DNA from: Chiloscyllium plagiosum
Lineage: Eukaryota
Reading direction: 5' to 3'
Length of the DNA stretch: 64,000 bases
NCBI RefSeq assembly: GCF_004010195.1
Contig: NC_057720.1
Location: 22,990,567 to 23,054,566, forward strand
Shown: positions 60,765 to 64,000 of the stretch, piece by piece
How the letters are laid out: each line of letters opens with the position of its first letter
Numbering within the stretch: the first letter of the stretch is position 1
Notes under the pieces: generated by a model
Database searches by the model: none
The model's input: the letters and a program-made list of their open reading frames with translations, nothing else
What the model was told of the DNA's origin: nothing
Translations under genes and position numbers: made by a program

Positions 60765-62279
60765 ACCACTCCTTCAGGATTGGTATCATCAGCAACTTTT
60801 GAAATGCTATCCCGTATTTGAAGATCTAAGTCATTTATATACAGTCAAAAAGAAGCAATGGCCTTGGCAGTGACTTCTGGGGAACTTTACTGTCCACCAT
60901 CCTTCAGATTGAAAAATAATCATTTACAATTCACTGTTTTCCTTTTCTTGCTTTAGCCAAGTGGACACTGTTACCTCTATTCCACATGCCTCATTTTGTT
61001 AAGATTACACCAAATTCATTAACCAATTGAAGATTTCTAAAGAATGTTTTAGTCCCTTCCCTCATTTATTTCAAAAGGACAACTCATTTTGGTGATAAAC
61101 GTTTTGGGCTATCTCCATAAACGCACATAAAGTTCCAGCATTCAGTGCCAACAGTAACCTGGGCAAATTAGGAGAATAAAATCTTTCACTTGTTGTTCCA
61201 AATGCCCATAAAAGCTGGGTATGGTTTTGGCCCCCACTTCAAAAGTTAAGAGTTATTACTCACGGCAGTGATCTCCAATCATTGACTTTAGGGTTTAGGA
61301 AATACAATCTACTGACCTGAGACAATGTATGACATGCTGAAGCCATTGGCTGAGTTATACTCAGGTTACCAATGACTTTGTAGAATACTTTGACCATGAC
61401 ATCTGAGTGCTGATCTGACCAGACCTCACTAAGCAGACGATGCCTTCACAGCGTATTAGTTCACATATTAGCATGTCAGGCTATTGACACACACATATGA
61501 ATATTGCAGTTTGTTGTTAATCAGTTTTTATTGCAGAATAAAGCAACCACAAACTAGACGACTGGAGATGGGGTCCTGCTTCGAGGTGAAGGTGGCAGGA
61601 AGCTGGCTCTCTCCTTTTTGGTTTGACATTTCCCTGAGTCTGTACAGGTAGGACATTCCGTAAGTCCACTGCCAGAAACTGAATTTACATCCTCAATCAG
61701 CTTCAGGCTGTAGCAGTCCCATTATAAAACACACATGTTGGAATTAAAACTTCAATATGCTCATAAGTAAGTTGATGTTCTGTTCTATCATCATGACAAC
61801 ACTAAGCAATCCTTTGTCAGTTAAAAGGTAGTCTTGGATTGAATAAAAGATCTTTCAACATGCCTGAATAAAAATCTTCTAACTCAACCTCAGACCACCT
61901 ACTACAGAAAATGGGATTGCATAGATTTGCAGAACAGCAAGTGCAAATGGTCTCTGCCAGTGTATGTGTGCAAAATATAAGCCTTCACCTGCCCTATTAT
62001 ATCTTACCCTACCTACAGATCATAAGAAAACATTTTAAAAAATAGGAGCGAAAGTAGGCCATATGGCCCCTGGAGCCTGCTCAATAATTCAGTAAGGACA
62101 TGATGAATCTTTTACATTGCCATATCTCTTGCTTCCATTCATGCCTAAACTGACTTCAGCATTCAGCGCATTCGATAACGCAGCTAAGATTCACAATGTT
62201 CATAATCACATGAAGGAAGCTATTTCTACTCATTTCAGAGTTAAATGGCTGTCCATGTATCTGCTCATGTGCTTCAATT

Positions 62280-62430
62280 CTTCGTTCTTTCTGTTATGGG
62301 ATGTGGAAATTACTGGCTGGGCCGGCATTTATGATCCATCTTTAGTTGCTCTTAATAAGGTAGTGGTGAGCTGTACCCTGTTGCAATCCATGTACTGTAG
62401 GTAGACCCACAGTGCCGTTAGAGAGGGAGA
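62280..62430 (-). mobile_element. LINE 3' end (DeuSINE-partner family)
   Basis: gggatgtggaaattactggctgggccggcatttat...aaggtagtggtgagctg. Confidence 0.6.
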
Positions 62431-63099
62431 AATTACCGTAGTGAAGAGTCTTGGAAAATTAGGATAACTTGAATGTCAACTTCTGATTTTCCTTATTTAG
62501 TTGACAGTGAGCAGTCACTGTTTCAGATTGATTTATTCTTTACAAAAAGGAGTTGAACAAATTAGCCTCATCTTCATTTTCAGTTCAAAATCCAGACCAT
62601 TATCTTTAAGGTATAAAATTCTTATGATTATCTTAATTCATACCTTTGTTTTATCTTTAATAAATAGTTTGAGAGAAATAGAAGTGAGATTGTATCACTC
62701 CCCGGTTGGTAAGAAGGCAATAGCTCAATAGTTAATATGTGGAAACTTCAATTCCTTTTAAAGGCTAGTATCGGTGGATCCAGGCACATGGGAGCTGGAT
62801 GGAAAAAGAAGCAGTTGGAAAATCTTGTTCCTAAATAATGGAGTAGGTTCAATGGGCCATATGGCTTATATCTGCTCCTATCTTTTAATTCCAATTTTAA
62901 GACCCTGGTCTTGATGGGGCTTGTCTACCAGTTTTTCCTCACTGTCTGGGAAAGTTTCAAGTGTTTTTGGATCTCTTTGAAGACTGGTGAGAGTCATTAC
63001 TCATGGCATCGTGCTCTAATCATTGTCTTGCCGGGATCTAGTGTGGACTTTGTTCATAGAAACACATTGAGACCGGATAAAGTACAGAAGCATTTCTTG

Positions 63100-64000
63100 T
63101 AGCATTGTTGACCTGGTAGAGACATTGGACACTGTTGGAAAGAGAAAATCGTCTCCAAATTTGGCTGTAAAACAAATTTATTTAAATGTCAAATAATTAC
63201 ATGGTGGGACAAGGTCTATCATGATGGATGATAGGAAAGTTCCATTCCCCCTTCTTCACTATTACAACTAATTTAAACAAGAATGTGTACTTGCATCACT
63301 AATGTGCAGTGATTTTGTTTGCTATTTGTACTTCTTGTACTTTCAATCATTTTCAGATTGATGGACAGCTCTTCATCCTAAGAGAATTTATTAACTCTTT
63401 TTTTCTGTTGATTGAACTGTTACGGTAGACTCTCAGGCCAACAATAGTGGACAACATTGCAATAGATCACTGGCAACTCTGCATGATGATCAGCTGAAAA
63501 AGGAAAAGTCAATATGACTCTTTCAAATCAGTCCCCAGGCAAACATTGCACTGTAGTCGTTGCCACAATCTGTGATCACACATATAGGCGACAGATAGAT
63601 TCAGCCACCTGGGTAGCATCCTCTCTGGAGATGTCCTTACCCACAGAGAAGCATCTGTGGATTGCCAATGCTAACTTAGCTTTTGGCAGACTCTGTGAGA
63701 GCCTCTGAAACAAGGAAGGCATCATCCCACACAGTGAGTTCAAAGCTGTCGATCTCAGAGTTCTTTATACCTGTGAAGTTTGGGCAAGGAATATATGCCA
63801 TATATATAAAAAAAAACTTCTATGTAAATTACTTGAGGTGGCTAAAGATGATCAATGGCAAGCCAAGATTCCTGACACTGAAATTCTTTAAAGAGGTGAA
63901 CAAGGCAAGCACAAATACATATCTAATTATGAAGACATAGATAAACTGGTCAGGTCATGTGTTGTGAATGTCTGAAGAATGAATCTAGAAATGTTTTATG
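63100..64000 (+). mobile_element. Decayed RTE-clade (BovB-like) LINE RT/C-terminal fragment
   Basis: Remnants read FR.DGQLF.LR, HLGSILSG, IANANLAFGRL, KIPDTEIL and NWSGHVL.M, matching RTE ORF motifs. Confidence 0.7.

Larger units (their letters stand above)
58815..61120 (-). mobile_element. Old CR1 broken by several inserts (young CR1 tail 59161-59428, PLE 59560-59955, LTR-like piece, SINE)
   Basis: Colinear minus-strand CR1 pieces at 58815-59160, 59435-59520, 59960-60080 and 60370-61120. Confidence 0.6.

Noticed and set aside
61536..61650. Possible host exon (ttgcag|...acag|gtagga; IKQPQTRRLEMGSCFEVKV...)
   Set aside because: The peptide is unrecognisable and no partner exons are identifiable; splice-like sites are expected by chance.

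Overview
This is eukaryotic, transposon-saturated DNA with no prokaryotic features. The HE1-like V-SINEs, DeuSINEs and HER1/CR1 LINEs point to a cartilaginous fish (shark or ray), and the window is probably intronic or intergenic. I found no host protein-coding exon that I can support. Most of the window is decayed and nested retroelements: CR1 LINEs (two near full-length copies with zinc-finger/SGNH-esterase ORF1 and APE+RT ORF2, one young internally deleted copy, many 3' fragments), Rex1/Babar, L2 and RTE fragments, tRNA-derived SINEs, and many Penelope-like element (PLE) pieces. Four N-gaps lie in or beside the youngest elements. Three observations stand out. (1) About 15 minimal type-I hammerhead-ribozyme motifs (CUGANGA-N-stemII-GAAAC-GUC) sit in PLE pseudo-LTRs of at least four families, many inside 130-1050 bp fold-back mini-elements. 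(2) A ~1.58 kb unidentified segment (22056-23631) splits a CR1 3' end, lacks TIRs or a poly-A tail, and has convergent strand skew with AATAAA on both strands, so it is a candidate endogenous viral fragment. (3) A staggered 46-bp repeat ladder sits at a PLE inversion junction. All family names come from my recognition of motifs, not from database searches, and TE boundaries are approximate.
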